From NCBI RefSeq assembly GCF_035513255.1, contig NZ_DATKCI010000015.1: DNA of 64,000 bases. The stretch is one strand, 5' to 3'. How positions within the stretch are numbered: position 1 is the first letter of the stretch; every line of letters begins with the position of its first letter. Both the position numbers and the translations under genes were made by a program. The stretch is from Piscinibacter sp. (GTDB lineage: Bacteria > Pseudomonadota > Gammaproteobacteria > Burkholderiales > Burkholderiaceae_C). Below, piece after piece: positions 33,633 through 45,866 of this stretch. Under the pieces are notes generated by a model that was given only the letters and a program-made list of their open reading frames with translations, was not told where the DNA came from and searched no databases.

Positions 33633-34016
33633 ATGAGCAGCTGGATGCTGAATTTGGTGGTAATGATGCAGATCCTCACGGCGCTCGCGATGATCGGCTT
33701 GGTGCTCGTGCAGCACGGCAAAGGTGCCGACATGGGCGCGTCGTTCGGCAGCGGGGCGTCGGGCAGCCTGTTCGGGGCCACCGGCAGCGCGAACTTCCTG
33801 TCGCGCTCGACGGCAGTGCTCGCGGCCGTGTTCTTCGCCTGCACGCTGGCGCTGGCTTACATCTCGAATGACCGCACCCGTCCCGAAAGCGGCAGCGTGC
33901 TCGACCGTCCGAGCACATCGATCCCGGCGGAGAACGGCGCGACTTCGGTTCCGGCCGATGCGGCCCCGACCCCTGCGGCCCCGGCGTCCGGCGCCGCGGC
34001 GATTCCTTCGAATTGA
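33633..34016 (+). CDS. secG: Preprotein translocase subunit SecG
   Basis: LVQHGKGADMGASFGSG..SLFG. Confidence 0.96.
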   Translation: MSSWMLNLVVMMQILTALAMIGLVLVQHGKGADMGASFGSGASGSLFGATGSANFLSRSTAVLAAVFFACTLALAYISNDRTRPESGSVLDRPSTSIPAENGATSVPADAAPTPAAPASGAAAIPSN

Positions 34017-34157
34017 TGCAGATCGAGAAGGGCTCGAAAGGGGCGGCAATGCGCCGCTCGCATTGAGGAAGGCCCTTCTTTGAGGTTAGAATCAGCGGCT
34101 GTTCGGAGAGCCATTCCTCATGCAATCCGACGCCCGCTTGACGAGTAGTTCAGAGTG

Positions 34158-34242
34158 GCCGACGTGGTGAAATTGGTAGACACGCTATCTTGAGGGGGTA
34201 GTGGCGAAAGCTGTGCGAGTTCGAGTCTCGCCGTCGGCACCA
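34158..34242 (+). tRNA. tRNA-Leu (GAG)
   Basis: Acceptor GCCGACG/CGTCGGC + ACCA, D-loop GGTA, anticodon loop TTGAGGG, long variable arm, GTTCGAG T-loop. Confidence 0.97.
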
Positions 34243-34303
34243 GATCTTCTTGCGCGAGATTCGTCCCGGGTCTCGCTCGAGCCCCAAGCCGACCCGAGCC
34301 ACC

Positions 34304-34663
34304 ATGAATCTGGAACCGTACCTGCCCGTCATCCTGTTCATTCTGGTGGGCGTGGCAGTCGGAGTGGTTCCACAGCTCATCGGCTTCGTCTTCGGCCCGC
34401 GCCGCCCCGATGCGGCGAAGAATTCCCCCTACGAATGCGGCTTCGAAGCCTTCGAAGACGCGCGCATGAAGTTCGACGTGCGCTACTACCTCGTGGCCAT
34501 TCTGTTCATTCTGTTCGACCTCGAAATCGCCTTTCTCTTCCCGTGGGCGGTCGCGCTGCGCGAAATCGGTCCCGTGGGCTTCTGGGCCATGATGGTCTTC
34601 CTGGGCATCCTCGTCGTCGGCTTCGCCTACGAGTGGAAAAAGGGTGCCCTGGACTGGGAATGA
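34304..34663 (+). CDS. nuoA: NADH-quinone oxidoreductase subunit A
   Basis: PYECGF, FILFDLE, KGALDWE. Confidence 0.97.
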   Translation: MNLEPYLPVILFILVGVAVGVVPQLIGFVFGPRRPDAAKNSPYECGFEAFEDARMKFDVRYYLVAILFILFDLEIAFLFPWAVALREIGPVGFWAMMVFLGILVVGFAYEWKKGALDWE

Positions 34664-34676
34664 TGGAGTAACCACG

Positions 34677-35153
34677 ATGGGCATCGAAGGCGTTCTCAAA
34701 GAAGGTTTCGTCACCACCAGTCTCGACACGGTGATCAACTGGTCGAAGACCGGGTCGCTGTGGCCGATGACGTTCGGCCTCGCCTGCTGCGCGGTCGAGA
34801 TGATGCACGTCGGCGCGGCGCGCTACGACATCGACCGCTTCGGCATGCTGTTTCGTCCGAGTCCGCGCCAGTCCGACCTGATGATCGTCGCCGGCACCTT
34901 GTGCAACAAGATGGCACCGGCGCTGCGCAAGGTTTACGACCAGATGGCCGAACCGCGCTGGGTGCTGTCGATGGGCTCGTGCGCGAACGGCGGCGGCTAC
35001 TACCACTACAGCTACTCGGTCGTGCGCGGCTGCGACCGCATCGTGCCGGTGGACGTCTACGTGCCCGGCTGCCCGCCGACGGCCGAGGCGCTGCTGTACG
35101 GGATCATCCAGCTGCAGGCGAAGATTCGCCGCGAAAACACGATCGCGCGGTAA
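34677..35153 (+). CDS. nuoB: NADH-quinone oxidoreductase subunit B
   Basis: [22 protein letters not shown]. Confidence 0.97.
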   Translation: MGIEGVLKEGFVTTSLDTVINWSKTGSLWPMTFGLACCAVEMMHVGAARYDIDRFGMLFRPSPRQSDLMIVAGTLCNKMAPALRKVYDQMAEPRWVLSMGSCANGGGYYHYSYSVVRGCDRIVPVDVYVPGCPPTAEALLYGIIQLQAKIRRENTIAR

Positions 35154-35157
35154 CGGC

Positions 35158-35754
35158 ATGACGAGAATCGAAACCCTTCAAGCCGCACTGGAGTCCGTGC
35201 TCGGCAGCAAGCTTCGCAAGCTCGTGCGCGATCGCGGCGAGATCACCATCACAGTGTCGCCTGCCGACTACGTCGAAGCGTCGCTGGCATTGCGCGACGA
35301 CCCGTCGCTGAAATTCGAGCAACTGATCGACCTGTGCGGCCTGGACTACTCGGGCTACAAGGACCAGCCGTGGGACGGGCCGCGCTTTTGCGTCGTCTCG
35401 CACTTGCTGTCGATCAGCCACAACTGGCGTGTGCGCCTCAAGGTCTTCGCCGACGACGACGACGTGCCGACCGTCGCCTCGCTCACCGACGTGTGGAGTG
35501 CTGCCAACTGGTTCGAGCGCGAGGCCTTCGACCTCTTCGGCATCATCTTCGACGGCCACATCGACCTGCGCCGCATCCTCACCGACTACGGTTTCATCGG
35601 ACATCCGTTCCGCAAGGACTTCCCGGTCTCCGGCCATGTCGAGATGCGCTACGACCTCGATCAGAAGCGCGTCATCTACCAACCGGTGACGATCGAGCCG
35701 CGCGAGATCACGCCGCGCATCGTCCGCGAAGACAACTACGGCGGGTTGCAGTGA
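35158..35754 (+). CDS. nuoC: NADH-quinone oxidoreductase subunit C
   Basis: [20 protein letters not shown]. Confidence 0.97.
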   Translation: MTRIETLQAALESVLGSKLRKLVRDRGEITITVSPADYVEASLALRDDPSLKFEQLIDLCGLDYSGYKDQPWDGPRFCVVSHLLSISHNWRVRLKVFADDDDVPTVASLTDVWSAANWFEREAFDLFGIIFDGHIDLRRILTDYGFIGHPFRKDFPVSGHVEMRYDLDQKRVIYQPVTIEPREITPRIVREDNYGGLQ

Positions 35755-35775
35755 CGGGCGCCGGCGCGAAGCATC

Positions 35776-37029
35776 ATGGCTGAGATCAAGAACTACACCC
35801 TCAACTTCGGGCCGCAGCATCCGGCGGCCCACGGCGTGCTGCGCCTCGTGCTCGAGCTCGACGGCGAGGTGATCCAGCGCGCCGATCCGCACATCGGCTT
35901 GCTGCACCGCGCGACCGAGAAACTCGCCGAGACGCGAACCTACATCCAGTCGCTGCCGTACATGGACCGCCTCGACTATGTGTCGATGATGTGCAACGAG
36001 CACGCGTACTGTCTCGCGATCGAGAAACTGATCGGCGTCGACGTGCCGGAGCGCGCCCAGTACATCCGCGTGATGTTCAGCGAATTGACGCGGCTCCTGA
36101 ACCACCTGCTGTGGCTCGGCGCACACGGGCTCGACTGCGGTGCGATGAACATCTTCATCTACTGCTTCCGCGAGCGCGAAGACCTGTTCGACATGTACGA
36201 AGCCGTGTCGGGGGCCCGCATGCACGCCGCCTACTTTCGTCCGGGCGGCGTCTATCGCGACCTGCCGGACGAGATGCCGCAGTACAAGGCATCGAAGGTT
36301 CGCAATGCGAAGACCATTGCCCAGCTGAACGAGAACCGCCAGGGCTCGCTTCTCGACTTCATCGACGACTTCGTTCAGCGCTTCCCGAAGTACGTCGACG
36401 AATACGAGACACTGCTCACCGACAACCGCATCTGGAAGCAGCGCACGGTCGGCATCGGCGTCGTGAGCCCGGAGCGTGCGATGAACCTCGGGTTCACGGG
36501 CGCGATGCTGCGCGGATCGGGCGTCGAGTGGGACCTGCGCAAGAAGCAGCCCTACGAGGTGTACGACCGCATGGATTTCGACATTCCGGTCGGCGTGAAC
36601 GGCGACACCTACGACCGCTACCTCGTCCGCATCGAGGAGATGCGCCAGTCAAACCGCATCATCAAGCAGTGCTCGGACTGGCTGCGCAAGAATCCCGGCC
36701 CGGTGATCACCGACAACCACAAGGTGGCCCCGCCGTCCCGGCTGGAAATGAAGTCCAGCATGGAAGAGCTGATCCATCACTTCAAGTTGTTCACCGAAGG
36801 CTTTCACGTGCCCGAAGGCGAGGCCTACGCCGCCGTGGAGCATCCGAAGGGCGAGTTCGGCATCTACCTCGTCAGCGACGGCGCGAACAAGCCGTACCGG
36901 CTGAAGATCCGCGCCCCCGGCTTCCCGCACCTGGCCGCGCTCGACGAGATGTCGCGCGGCCACATGATCGCCGACGCGGTGGCCGTCATCGGCACGATGG
37001 ACATTGTGTTTGGAGAGATCGACCGATGA
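35776..37029 (+). CDS. nuoD: NADH-quinone oxidoreductase subunit D
   Basis: [30 protein letters not shown]. Confidence 0.98.
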   Translation: MAEIKNYTLNFGPQHPAAHGVLRLVLELDGEVIQRADPHIGLLHRATEKLAETRTYIQSLPYMDRLDYVSMMCNEHAYCLAIEKLIGVDVPERAQYIRVMFSELTRLLNHLLWLGAHGLDCGAMNIFIYCFREREDLFDMYEAVSGARMHAAYFRPGGVYRDLPDEMPQYKASKVRNAKTIAQLNENRQGSLLDFIDDFVQRFPKYVDEYETLLTDNRIWKQRTVGIGVVSPERAMNLGFTGAMLRGSGVEWDLRKKQPYEVYDRMDFDIPVGVNGDTYDRYLVRIEEMRQSNRIIKQCSDWLRKNPGPVITDNHKVAPPSRLEMKSSMEELIHHFKLFTEGFHVPEGEAYAAVEHPKGEFGIYLVSDGANKPYRLKIRAPGFPHLAALDEMSRGHMIADAVAVIGTMDIVFGEIDR

Positions 37030-37514
37030 TGTCCGACGCGATGGAAAAACGCTTCGCCCGGGAAGTGGCCAAGTACCCGCCGGAGCAGAAGCAGTCCGCG
37101 GTGATGGCCTGCCTGGCCATCGTCCAGCAGGAGCGGGGCTTCGTCTCGGCCGACAGTGAAAAGATGGTGGCCGATTACCTCGGCATGCCGGTCATCGCGG
37201 TGCACGAGGTCACCACGTTCTACAACATGTACAACCAGCAGCCGCTGGGCCGCTTCAAGTTCAACGTCTGCACCAACCTCCCTTGCCAGCTGCGCGACGG
37301 CCAGCAGGCGCTCGAGCACCTGTGCAGCCGGCTCAGCGTGGAAGAGGGCGGCACGACGGCCGACGGCCTGTTCACCGTGCAGAAGAGCGAATGCCTGGGC
37401 GCCTGCGCCGATGCGCCGGTGATGCTGGTCAACGACCGCGAGATGTGCAGCTTCATGAGCAACCAGCGGCTCGACGAGCTGCTGGACGTGCTCGCGTCGC
37501 AGGCGAAGGAATGA
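37026..37514 (+). CDS. nuoE: NADH-quinone oxidoreductase subunit E
   Basis: VCTNLPC..ECLGAC [2Fe-2S] motif; ATGA overlap with nuoD. Confidence 0.96.
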   Translation: MMSDAMEKRFAREVAKYPPEQKQSAVMACLAIVQQERGFVSADSEKMVADYLGMPVIAVHEVTTFYNMYNQQPLGRFKFNVCTNLPCQLRDGQQALEHLCSRLSVEEGGTTADGLFTVQKSECLGACADAPVMLVNDREMCSFMSNQRLDELLDVLASQAKE

Positions 37515-38869
37515 GGCACGACGGCATGCTGGACCTGTCCAAGTTCAAGGCCACCGGAAGCGAGACCTGCTTCCACGACCGCCACATCCAGCCGCAGATC
37601 TATGCGGGCCTGGACGGGCGCAACTGGCGCCTGAAGGACTACGAGGCGCGCGGCGGCTACCAGGCGCTGCGCAAGATGCTCGGCAAGGACGGAGGCGAAG
37701 GCATGACGCCGGAGCAGGTCGTCGCCGAAGTCAAGACCTCGGGCCTGCGCGGACGCGGCGGCGCAGGCTTCCCGACCGGCCTGAAGTGGAGTTTCATGCC
37801 GCGCATGTACCCCGGTGCGAAGTACCTCGTCTGCAATTCAGACGAAGGCGAACCCGGCACCTGCAAGGACCGCGACATCCTGATGTTCAACCCGCACATC
37901 GTCATCGAAGGCATGGCGATTGCGGCCTATGCGATGGGCATCAGCGTCGGCTACAACTACATCCACGGCGAGATCTTCGAGGTCTACGACCGCTTCGAGG
38001 AAGCCCTCGAGGAGGCACGCCAGGCCGGCTACCTCGGCAACGAGATCCTCGGCTCCGGCTTCAACTTCCAGCTGCATGCATCGCACGGTTTCGGCGCCTA
38101 CATCTGCGGCGAAGAGACTGCGCTGCTCGAGTCGCTGGAAGGCAAGAAGGGCCAGCCGCGTTTCAAGCCGCCGTTCCCCGCCAGCTATGGCCTGTACGGG
38201 AAGCCGACGACGATCAACAACACCGAAACCTTCGCGGCCGTGCCGTGGATCATCGGCAACGGCGGGCAGCCGTACCTCGAGATCGGCAAGCCCAACAACG
38301 GCGGCACGAAGATTTTCTCGGTGGTCGGCGACGTGGAACGCCCCGGCAACTTCGAGGTGCCGCTGGGCACGCCGTTCGCAACGCTGCTCGAACTCGCCGG
38401 CGGCGTGCGCAAGGGCCGCACGCTGAAGGCGGTGATCCCGGGCGGCTCGTCGGCACCGGTGCTGCCGGCGGCCGTGATGATGGACACGACGATGGACTAC
38501 GACGCGATCGCAAAGGCCGGCTCCATGCTCGGCTCGGGCGCCGTCATCGTGATGGACGACAGCCGCTGCATGGTGAAGAGCCTGCTGCGCCTGTCGTACT
38601 TCTACATGCACGAGAGCTGCGGGCAGTGCACGCCGTGCCGCGAAGGCACCGGCTGGCTGTGGCGCATGGTCGATCGCATCGAGCACGGCCAGGGCAAGCC
38701 CGCCGACATCGAGCTGTTGAATTCGGTCGCCGACAACATCCAGGGCCGCACGATCTGCGCGCTGGGCGATGCCGCGGCGATGCCGGTGCGCGCGATGATC
38801 AAGCACTTCCGCGACGAGTTCGTCCATCACATCGAACACAAGACCTGCGCCGTTTCGGTGCAGGTCTGA
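37511..38869 (+). CDS. nuoF: NADH-quinone oxidoreductase subunit F
   Basis: [31 protein letters not shown]. Confidence 0.97.
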   Translation: MRHDGMLDLSKFKATGSETCFHDRHIQPQIYAGLDGRNWRLKDYEARGGYQALRKMLGKDGGEGMTPEQVVAEVKTSGLRGRGGAGFPTGLKWSFMPRMYPGAKYLVCNSDEGEPGTCKDRDILMFNPHIVIEGMAIAAYAMGISVGYNYIHGEIFEVYDRFEEALEEARQAGYLGNEILGSGFNFQLHASHGFGAYICGEETALLESLEGKKGQPRFKPPFPASYGLYGKPTTINNTETFAAVPWIIGNGGQPYLEIGKPNNGGTKIFSVVGDVERPGNFEVPLGTPFATLLELAGGVRKGRTLKAVIPGGSSAPVLPAAVMMDTTMDYDAIAKAGSMLGSGAVIVMDDSRCMVKSLLRLSYFYMHESCGQCTPCREGTGWLWRMVDRIEHGQGKPADIELLNSVADNIQGRTICALGDAAAMPVRAMIKHFRDEFVHHIEHKTCAVSVQV

Positions 38870-38882
38870 CGGTCCACGCAAC

Positions 38883-41213
38883 ATGATCGAAATCGAACTC
38901 GACGGCCGGAAAGTCCAGGTGCCCGAAGGCAGCATGGTGATGCATGCCGCCGACAAGGCCGGCACCTACATTCCGCACTTCTGCTACCACAAGAAACTCA
39001 GCATCGCGGCCAACTGCCGCATGTGCCTGGTCGACGTCGAGAAGGCGCCGAAGCCGATGCCTGCCTGTGCGACACCGGTCACGCAAGGCATGATCGTTCG
39101 CACCAAGAGCGACAAGGCGGTCAAGGCGCAGCAGAGCGTGATGGAGTTTCTGCTGATCAACCACCCGCTCGACTGCCCGATCTGCGACCAGGGTGGCGAG
39201 TGTCAGCTGCAGGACCTGGCCATCGGCTACGGCGCCTCGTCGTCGCGCTATGAAGAAGAAAAGCGCGTCGTCTTCCACAAGGAAGTCGGCCCGCTGCTGT
39301 CGATGGAAGAGATGACGCGCTGCATCCATTGCACGCGCTGCGTCCGCTTCGGCCAGGAAGTGGCCGGCGTGATGGAGCTCGGCATGATCCATCGCGGCGA
39401 ACACGCCGAGATCACGACGATCACCGGCGACACCGTCGATTCCGAGCTGTCGGGCAACATGATCGATCTGTGCCCGGTTGGTGCCATCACGAGCAAGCCG
39501 TTCCGCTACCAGGCCCGCACCTGGGAGCTGTCGCGCCGCAAGAGCGTGAGCCCGCACGACAGCACCGGCGCCAACTTGATCGTGCAGGTCAAGGCCAACA
39601 AGGTAATGCGCGTCGTTCCGCTGGAGAACGAAGACGTCAACGAATGCTGGCTCGCCGACCGCGACCGCTTCTCGTACGAAGCGCTGAACAGCGACGACAG
39701 GCTGAACGCGCCGATGCTCAAGCAAGGCGGCGAGTGGAAGGCAGTCGACTGGGCCACCGCGCTCGACTACATCGTGCGCGGCCTGACGCAGATCAAGGCC
39801 GACCACGGCGCCGACCGCATCGGCGCGCTCGGCTCGCCGCACAGCACGGCGGAAGAATTGCACCTTCTGGCCAAACTGATGCGCGGCCTCGGCAGCGAGA
39901 ACATCGACCACCGCACGCGGCACGCCGACTTCACGCTGCCCGAAGGTGACGCCTCCGGTGCGCCGGTGGCGCATTGGCTGGGTACGAGCATTGCGTCGCT
40001 TGGCCACCTGCAACGGGTGCTGGTCGTCGGCTCGTTCCTGCGCAAGGACCATCCGCTGTTCGCCCAGCGTTTGCGCCAGGCCGCGAAGAAGGGCGCACGC
40101 ATCCACAGCATCCATGCCGTGCACGACGATTGGGCGATGCCGGTGGCCGACATGATCACCGTCGCGCCGAGCGGCTGGCTGGGCGCGATGGCGTCGGTGG
40201 CCGCCGCGATCGCCACGAGCAAGGGTCTGAGCGCCCCGGTCGCGGCCGATGAGTCCGCCGAAGCGCGAGCGATTGCCGCGTCGCTGCTGTCCGGCGAGCG
40301 CAAGGCCGTGCTGCTCGGCAATGCCGCCGCTCAGCATCCGCAGGCGAGCCAGCTGCTGTCGCTGGCCAACTGGATCGGCGAGCACACCGGCGCCACGGTG
40401 GGCTACCTGGGCGAGGCCGCGAATAGCGTCGGCGCGCAACTCGTCAATGCGCTGCCCGGCCCCGGCGGTCTGAACGCCGGGCAGATGCTGAGCGGATCGC
40501 TGAAAGCCTGCCTGCTGCTCAACGTCGAGCCGGCGTTCGACGCCGCGAACCCGAGCGCCGCCATCGAGTCGCTGCGGTCGGCCGAGATGGTCGTCGCGAT
40601 GACGCCGTTCCGCAATGCCGCGGTCGACTGCGCCGACGTGCTGCTGCCGGTCGCGCCGTTCAGCGAGACCTCCGGCAGCTTCGTCAACGCCGAGGGCCGA
40701 ATCCAGCGCTTTCACGGTGTCGTCAAGCCGCTCGCCGATACGCGACCGGCGTGGAAGGTGCTGCGTGTGCTGGGCAACATGCTCGGGCTGCAGGGCTTCG
40801 ACTTCGAGACCCCGGACGACGTGCGCGCCGAGGCGCTGCCGGATGGCGTGGCGAGCCGGCTCAGCAACCGGGGCACCGCCTCGGTATCGAACGTCGCCGA
40901 ATCGTCCGGCGATCTCGAGCGCATCGCTGACGTGCCGATCTACTGCACCGATTCGCTGGTCCGCCGTGCCGTGTCGCTGCAGCTGACGGCCGATGCCGCG
41001 CCGCCGGTGGCGAGCCTGTCGTCGGCCCTGTGGACGCAGCTCGCCTTGAACGACGGCGATTCGGTGCGCCTGGCGCAAGGCGGCGCGTCGACCGTGCTGC
41101 CGGCGCGGTGCGACGCCACGCTGGCGCGCAACGCGGTCCGTGTTCCGGCGGGCCATCCGTCGACGGCGCCGCTGGGCGCGATGTTCGGCCCCATCAGCGT
41201 CGGCAAAGCCTGA
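38883..41213 (+). CDS. nuoG: NADH-quinone oxidoreductase subunit G
   Basis: [29 protein letters not shown]. Confidence 0.97.
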   Translation: MIEIELDGRKVQVPEGSMVMHAADKAGTYIPHFCYHKKLSIAANCRMCLVDVEKAPKPMPACATPVTQGMIVRTKSDKAVKAQQSVMEFLLINHPLDCPICDQGGECQLQDLAIGYGASSSRYEEEKRVVFHKEVGPLLSMEEMTRCIHCTRCVRFGQEVAGVMELGMIHRGEHAEITTITGDTVDSELSGNMIDLCPVGAITSKPFRYQARTWELSRRKSVSPHDSTGANLIVQVKANKVMRVVPLENEDVNECWLADRDRFSYEALNSDDRLNAPMLKQGGEWKAVDWATALDYIVRGLTQIKADHGADRIGALGSPHSTAEELHLLAKLMRGLGSENIDHRTRHADFTLPEGDASGAPVAHWLGTSIASLGHLQRVLVVGSFLRKDHPLFAQRLRQAAKKGARIHSIHAVHDDWAMPVADMITVAPSGWLGAMASVAAAIATSKGLSAPVAADESAEARAIAASLLSGERKAVLLGNAAAQHPQASQLLSLANWIGEHTGATVGYLGEAANSVGAQLVNALPGPGGLNAGQMLSGSLKACLLLNVEPAFDAANPSAAIESLRSAEMVVAMTPFRNAAVDCADVLLPVAPFSETSGSFVNAEGRIQRFHGVVKPLADTRPAWKVLRVLGNMLGLQGFDFETPDDVRAEALPDGVASRLSNRGTASVSNVAESSGDLERIADVPIYCTDSLVRRAVSLQLTADAAPPVASLSSALWTQLALNDGDSVRLAQGGASTVLPARCDATLARNAVRVPAGHPSTAPLGAMFGPISVGKA

Positions 41214-41221
41214 GAACCGCG

Positions 41222-42286
41222 ATGCTCGAAACCCTTCACACCTACGGTAACTCGATGCTCGGCGGCGCCTGGCCGGTGACCTGGACGCTGATGAAGATCG
41301 TCGCCCTCGTGCTGCCGCTGATGCTGTGCGTGGCCTACCTCACGCTGTGGGAACGCAAGGCCATCGGTTGGTCGCAGATTCGCCCGGGACCGAACCGCGT
41401 CGGCCCGCTGGGCCTGCTGCAGCCGATCGCCGATGCGGTGAAGCTGATCTTCAAGGAGATCATTCTCCCGTCCGCAGCGAACCGGCCGCTGTTCCTGATC
41501 GCGCCGGTGATGACCATCATGCCGGCGCTGGCCGCCTGGGCGGTGATCCCGTTCGGCCCCGAAGTAGCGCTGGCCAACATCAACGCCGGCCTGCTGTTCC
41601 TGATGGCGATCACGTCGATGGAGGTCTACGGCGTCATCGTCGCCGGCTGGGCCTCGAACTCGAAGTACGCTTTTCTCGGCGCGCTGCGCGCGTCGGCGCA
41701 GATGGTCAGCTACGAGATCGCGATGGGCTTTGCGTTCGTCGTCGTGCTGATGGTCGCCGGCAGCCTGAACCTGACCGACATCGTGATGGGCCAGGCCGAC
41801 GGCCGGTTCGCGGACATGGGGCTGACCTTCCTGTCGTGGAACTGGCTGCCGCTGCTGCCGATCTTCGTCGTCTACGTGATCGCCGGCATCGCCGAGACCA
41901 ACCGCCATCCGTTCGACGTGGTCGAGGGCGAGTCCGAAATCGTCGCCGGGCACATGGTCGAGTACTCCGGCATGGCCTTCGCGATGTTCTTCCTTGCCGA
42001 GTACGCGAACATCATCCTCGTGTCCACGGTCGCCTCGGTGCTGTTCCTCGGCGGCTGGCTGTCGCCGATCGACAGCGCGATCTTCACCTGGATTCCCGGC
42101 TGGATCTGGCTGGGCATCAAGACCTTCATCGTCTGCACGTTGTTCTTGTGGGTGCGTGCCACGTTCCCGCGCTTCCGCTACGACCAGATCATGCGCTTGG
42201 GCTGGAAGATCTTCATTCCGGTCACGCTGGTCTGGCTGGTGGTCGTGGGACTGTGGATCCAGTCGCCCTGGAACATCTGGAAGTAA
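41222..42286 (+). CDS. nuoH: NADH-quinone oxidoreductase subunit H
   Basis: [29 protein letters not shown]. Confidence 0.97.
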   Translation: MLETLHTYGNSMLGGAWPVTWTLMKIVALVLPLMLCVAYLTLWERKAIGWSQIRPGPNRVGPLGLLQPIADAVKLIFKEIILPSAANRPLFLIAPVMTIMPALAAWAVIPFGPEVALANINAGLLFLMAITSMEVYGVIVAGWASNSKYAFLGALRASAQMVSYEIAMGFAFVVVLMVAGSLNLTDIVMGQADGRFADMGLTFLSWNWLPLLPIFVVYVIAGIAETNRHPFDVVEGESEIVAGHMVEYSGMAFAMFFLAEYANIILVSTVASVLFLGGWLSPIDSAIFTWIPGWIWLGIKTFIVCTLFLWVRATFPRFRYDQIMRLGWKIFIPVTLVWLVVVGLWIQSPWNIWK

Positions 42287-42301
42287 AGCGTAGGTCCCAC
42301 C

Positions 42302-42799
42302 ATGGCTGCTGCAACCCCGATCCGAGACCTCATTTCGAGCTTCATGCTCATCGAGCTGTTCAAGGGCATGGCCCTGACCGGCAGGCACTTCTGGTCGCGC
42401 AAGATCACCATTCAGTACCCCGAAGAGAAGACGCCGCTGTCGCCGCGCTTTCGCGGCCTGCACGCGCTGCGCCGCTATGAAAACGGCGAAGAGCGCTGCA
42501 TCGCTTGCAAGCTGTGCGAAGCGGTGTGCCCGGCGCTGGCGATCACGATCGAGTCCGACATCCGCGACGACGGCTCGCGCCGCACGACGCGCTACGACAT
42601 CGACCTGACCAAGTGCATCTTCTGCGGCTTTTGCGAGGAAAGCTGCCCGGTCGACTCCATCGTCGAGACGCACATCCTCGAATACCACGGGGAGAAGCGC
42701 GGCGACCTGTATTTCACGAAGGACATGCTGCTCGCCGTCGGCGACCGCTACGAAAAGGAAATCGCCGCCAACAGGGAGGCCGACGCCCGCTACCGCTGA
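42302..42799 (+). CDS. nuoI: NADH-quinone oxidoreductase subunit I
   Basis: Two CxxCxxCxxxCP ferredoxin motifs. Confidence 0.97.
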   Translation: MAAATPIRDLISSFMLIELFKGMALTGRHFWSRKITIQYPEEKTPLSPRFRGLHALRRYENGEERCIACKLCEAVCPALAITIESDIRDDGSRRTTRYDIDLTKCIFCGFCEESCPVDSIVETHILEYHGEKRGDLYFTKDMLLAVGDRYEKEIAANREADARYR

Positions 42800-42863
42800 G
42801 CCTCGCGCTCATCGACGCGGCCGGCGCCTGCGAGGGCGGCCCGGCCCGGTGCTCGACAACAAC

Positions 42864-43502
42864 ATGCAAACCATCACCGCGCTCTTCTACATCTTCTCTG
42901 CCGTGCTGTTGCTCGCCTCGTTCAAGGTGATCACCGCGCGCAGCCCCGTGTACGCCGCGCTGTACCTGGTGCTCGCCTTCTTCTCGGCCGCCTGCGTCTG
43001 GATGCTGCTGCGCGCCGAGTTTCTCGCGATTTCGCTGGTGCTCGTCTACGTGGGGGCCGTGATGGTGCTGTTCCTCTTCGTCGTGATGATGCTGGATGTC
43101 AACACCGATTCGATCCGGGAGGGCTTCTGGAAGCACTTTCCGGTCGCGCTGCTCGTGGGTGTCGTCATCGCACTCGAGATGGCGCTGGTGCTGATGCCGG
43201 GCTTCGACGTGCGCACGGCGCCGGTGCCCGATGCGGCCGCGCTGAGCCTGGGCAACACGAAACTGCTGGGCATCGAGGTCTACACGAAGTACCTCTACCC
43301 GCTGCAGATCGCCGCGGTGCTGCTGCTGGTGGCGATCATCGCGGCGATCGCGCTGACGCTGCGCCGCCGCAAGGATTCGAAGTTCATCGACCCGTCGGAG
43401 CAGGTGAGGGCCAAGAAGGCCGACCGCGTGCGCATCGTGAAGATGCCGCCGACCATCGAATTGCCGGCGGCGCCGTCCGAGCCGGGTGGAGAAAAAGCAT
43501 GA
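42864..43502 (+). CDS. nuoJ: NADH-quinone oxidoreductase subunit J
   Basis: [17 protein letters not shown]; start may be GTG 42849. Confidence 0.95.
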   Translation: MQTITALFYIFSAVLLLASFKVITARSPVYAALYLVLAFFSAACVWMLLRAEFLAISLVLVYVGAVMVLFLFVVMMLDVNTDSIREGFWKHFPVALLVGVVIALEMALVLMPGFDVRTAPVPDAAALSLGNTKLLGIEVYTKYLYPLQIAAVLLLVAIIAAIALTLRRRKDSKFIDPSEQVRAKKADRVRIVKMPPTIELPAAPSEPGGEKA

Positions 43503-43816
43503 GCCTCGGACCCGTCGCGCTCGGCCACTACCTGTCGCTCGGGGCGATCCTGTTTTCGCTGTCGGTGATCGGCATCTTCCTGAACCGCAAGAATCTCATC
43601 GTGCTCTTGATGTGCATCGAGCTGATGCTGCTCGCGGTGAACCTGAATTTCGTCGCCTTTTCCCACTACCTCGGCGACATGGCGGGGCAGGTGTTCGTCT
43701 TCTTCATCCTGACGGTGGCGGCCGCCGAGTCGGCGATCGGCCTGGCGATTCTCGTCGTGCTGTTCCGCAATCGGGCGACGATCAACGTCGACGAACTCGA
43801 CGCGCTGAAGGGCTGA
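43499..43816 (+). CDS. nuoK: NADH-quinone oxidoreductase subunit K
   Basis: [18 protein letters not shown]. Confidence 0.97.
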   Translation: MSLGPVALGHYLSLGAILFSLSVIGIFLNRKNLIVLLMCIELMLLAVNLNFVAFSHYLGDMAGQVFVFFILTVAAAESAIGLAILVVLFRNRATINVDELDALKG

Positions 43817-43823
43817 TACCAGA

Positions 43824-45845
43824 ATGTCTGCACAACTCTCCGCAACGACACTGCTGTGGGTGCCGCTGGCACCGCTCGCGGGCGCAGTTCTGGCCGGCTT
43901 CTTCGGCAAGACGATCGGCCGGCGCGGCGCACACACGGTCACGATCCTCGGCGTCCTGATCTCGTTCATCCTCTCCGTGATGGTGCTGAAGTCGGTCGCG
44001 CTCGACGGTGCGCGCTTCAACGAAACCATCTACGAGTGGATGGTGCTGGGCGACCTGAAGATGGAAATCGGCTTCCTCGTCGACGGCTTGACGGCGATGA
44101 TGATGGCGGTCGTGACTTTCGTGTCGCTGATGGTGCACATCTACACGATCGGCTACATGGAGGAGGACCCGGGCTACCAGCGCTTCTTCTCGTACATCTC
44201 GCTGTTCACCTTCTCGATGCTGATGCTCGTGATGAGCAACAACTTCCTGCAGCTGTTCTTCGGCTGGGAAGCGGTGGGCCTGGTGTCGTATCTGCTGATC
44301 GGCTTCTGGTACACGCGGCCGACGGCGATCTTCGCCAACATGAAGGCCTTCATCGTCAACCGGGTCGGCGACTTCGGCTTCATTCTCGGCATAGGCCTGA
44401 TCGTGGCCTACGCCGGCACGCTGGACTATGCCGAGGCGTTCGCCAAGGGGCCCGAACTGGCGGCGCTGTCCTTCCCCGGCAGCGACTGGATGCTGATGAC
44501 GGTGATCTGTGTGTGCCTGTTCATCGGCGCGATGGGCAAAAGCGCGCAGTTCCCGCTGCACGTGTGGCTGCCCGACTCGATGGAGGGCCCGACGCCGATC
44601 TCCGCGCTGATTCACGCAGCGACGATGGTGACGGCCGGCATCTTCATGGTCGCGCGCATGTCGCCGCTGTTCGAGCTGTCCGATGCGGCGCTGAGCTTCG
44701 TGCTGGTCATCGGCGCGATCACGGCGCTGTTCATGGGCTTCCTCGGCATCATTCAGAACGACATCAAGCGCGTCGTTGCCTACTCCACGCTGTCGCAGCT
44801 GGGCTACATGACGGTCGCGCTCGGCGCGTCGGCCTACTCGGTGGGCGTGTTCCACCTGATGACGCACGCCTTCTTCAAAGCGCTGCTGTTCCTCGCCGCC
44901 GGCTCGGTGATCATCGGCATGCACCATGACCAGGACATCCGCAACATGGGCGGCCTGCGCAAGTACATGCCGATCACGTGGATCACGTCGCTGCTCGGTT
45001 CGCTGGCGCTGATCGGCACGCCGCTTTTCGCCGGCTTTTATTCGAAGGACAGCATCATCGAGGCGGTGCACGCGAGCAACCTGCCCGGATCCGGCTTCGC
45101 CTATTTCGCTGTGGTCGCCGGCGTGTTCGTCACGGCGTTCTATTCGTTCCGCATGTACTTCCTCGTCTTCCACGGCAAGGAACGCTTCCATCACAAGCCG
45201 TTCCCGGGTGAGCACGACCACCACGACGACCACGCCGAGCACCACGACCCGCACGAGTCGCCCTGGGTGGTGACCGCGCCGCTGGTGCTGCTGGCGGTGC
45301 CGTCGGTGGTCATCGGCTACTGGACCATCGGCCCCATGCTGTACGGCGACTTCTTCAAGGATTCGATCATCGTCGACGCCGCCCGCCATCCGGCGATGGC
45401 GCAGATGACGGAGCACTTCCACGGAGCGCTCGCGATGGCGGTGCACGGGCTGACGACGCTGCCGTTCTGGCTTGCGGTAGCCGGTGTGGCGACGGCCTAT
45501 GTCTTCTACCTGCGCAAGCCCGAGATCCCCGCGGCCATCAAGGCGCGCTTCGGCTTCGTCTACCGGCTGCTCGACAACAAGTACTACATGGACTGGTTCA
45601 ACGAACACGTGCTTGCCGCGGCGGCCCGCGTGGCGGGTCGTGGCCTGTGGAAGGGCGGCGACGCGGCGCTGATCGACGGTGTCGTCATCGACGGGTCGGC
45701 GCGTGCGGTGGGCGGCATCGCCGCCATCGTTCGCCTGTTCCAGACCGGCTACCTCTACTGGTATGCGCTGGTGATGATCCTCGGTGTCATCGGCCTGATG
45801 ACCTGGCAGTTGTGGCCCTATCTGCGCGCCTTCGGGCACGTCTGA
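43824..45845 (+). CDS. nuoL: NADH-quinone oxidoreductase subunit L
   Basis: GWEAVG, GKSAQFPLHVWLP, HAATMVTAG. Confidence 0.97.
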   Translation: MSAQLSATTLLWVPLAPLAGAVLAGFFGKTIGRRGAHTVTILGVLISFILSVMVLKSVALDGARFNETIYEWMVLGDLKMEIGFLVDGLTAMMMAVVTFVSLMVHIYTIGYMEEDPGYQRFFSYISLFTFSMLMLVMSNNFLQLFFGWEAVGLVSYLLIGFWYTRPTAIFANMKAFIVNRVGDFGFILGIGLIVAYAGTLDYAEAFAKGPELAALSFPGSDWMLMTVICVCLFIGAMGKSAQFPLHVWLPDSMEGPTPISALIHAATMVTAGIFMVARMSPLFELSDAALSFVLVIGAITALFMGFLGIIQNDIKRVVAYSTLSQLGYMTVALGASAYSVGVFHLMTHAFFKALLFLAAGSVIIGMHHDQDIRNMGGLRKYMPITWITSLLGSLALIGTPLFAGFYSKDSIIEAVHASNLPGSGFAYFAVVAGVFVTAFYSFRMYFLVFHGKERFHHKPFPGEHDHHDDHAEHHDPHESPWVVTAPLVLLAVPSVVIGYWTIGPMLYGDFFKDSIIVDAARHPAMAQMTEHFHGALAMAVHGLTTLPFWLAVAGVATAYVFYLRKPEIPAAIKARFGFVYRLLDNKYYMDWFNEHVLAAAARVAGRGLWKGGDAALIDGVVIDGSARAVGGIAAIVRLFQTGYLYWYALVMILGVIGLMTWQLWPYLRAFGHV

Positions 45846-45866
45846 TCGGGCTCGGAGAACAAGAAC

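Noticed and set aside
34158-34303. tRNA-Leu as an occupied integration site
   Set aside because: It is followed directly by nuoA; no integrase and no duplicated tRNA 3' end were seen in the window.
45209-45260. His-rich stretch in NuoL (EHDHHDDHAEHHDPHES) as a novel metal site
   Set aside because: A variable His-rich loop at this position is a common feature of proteobacterial NuoL.
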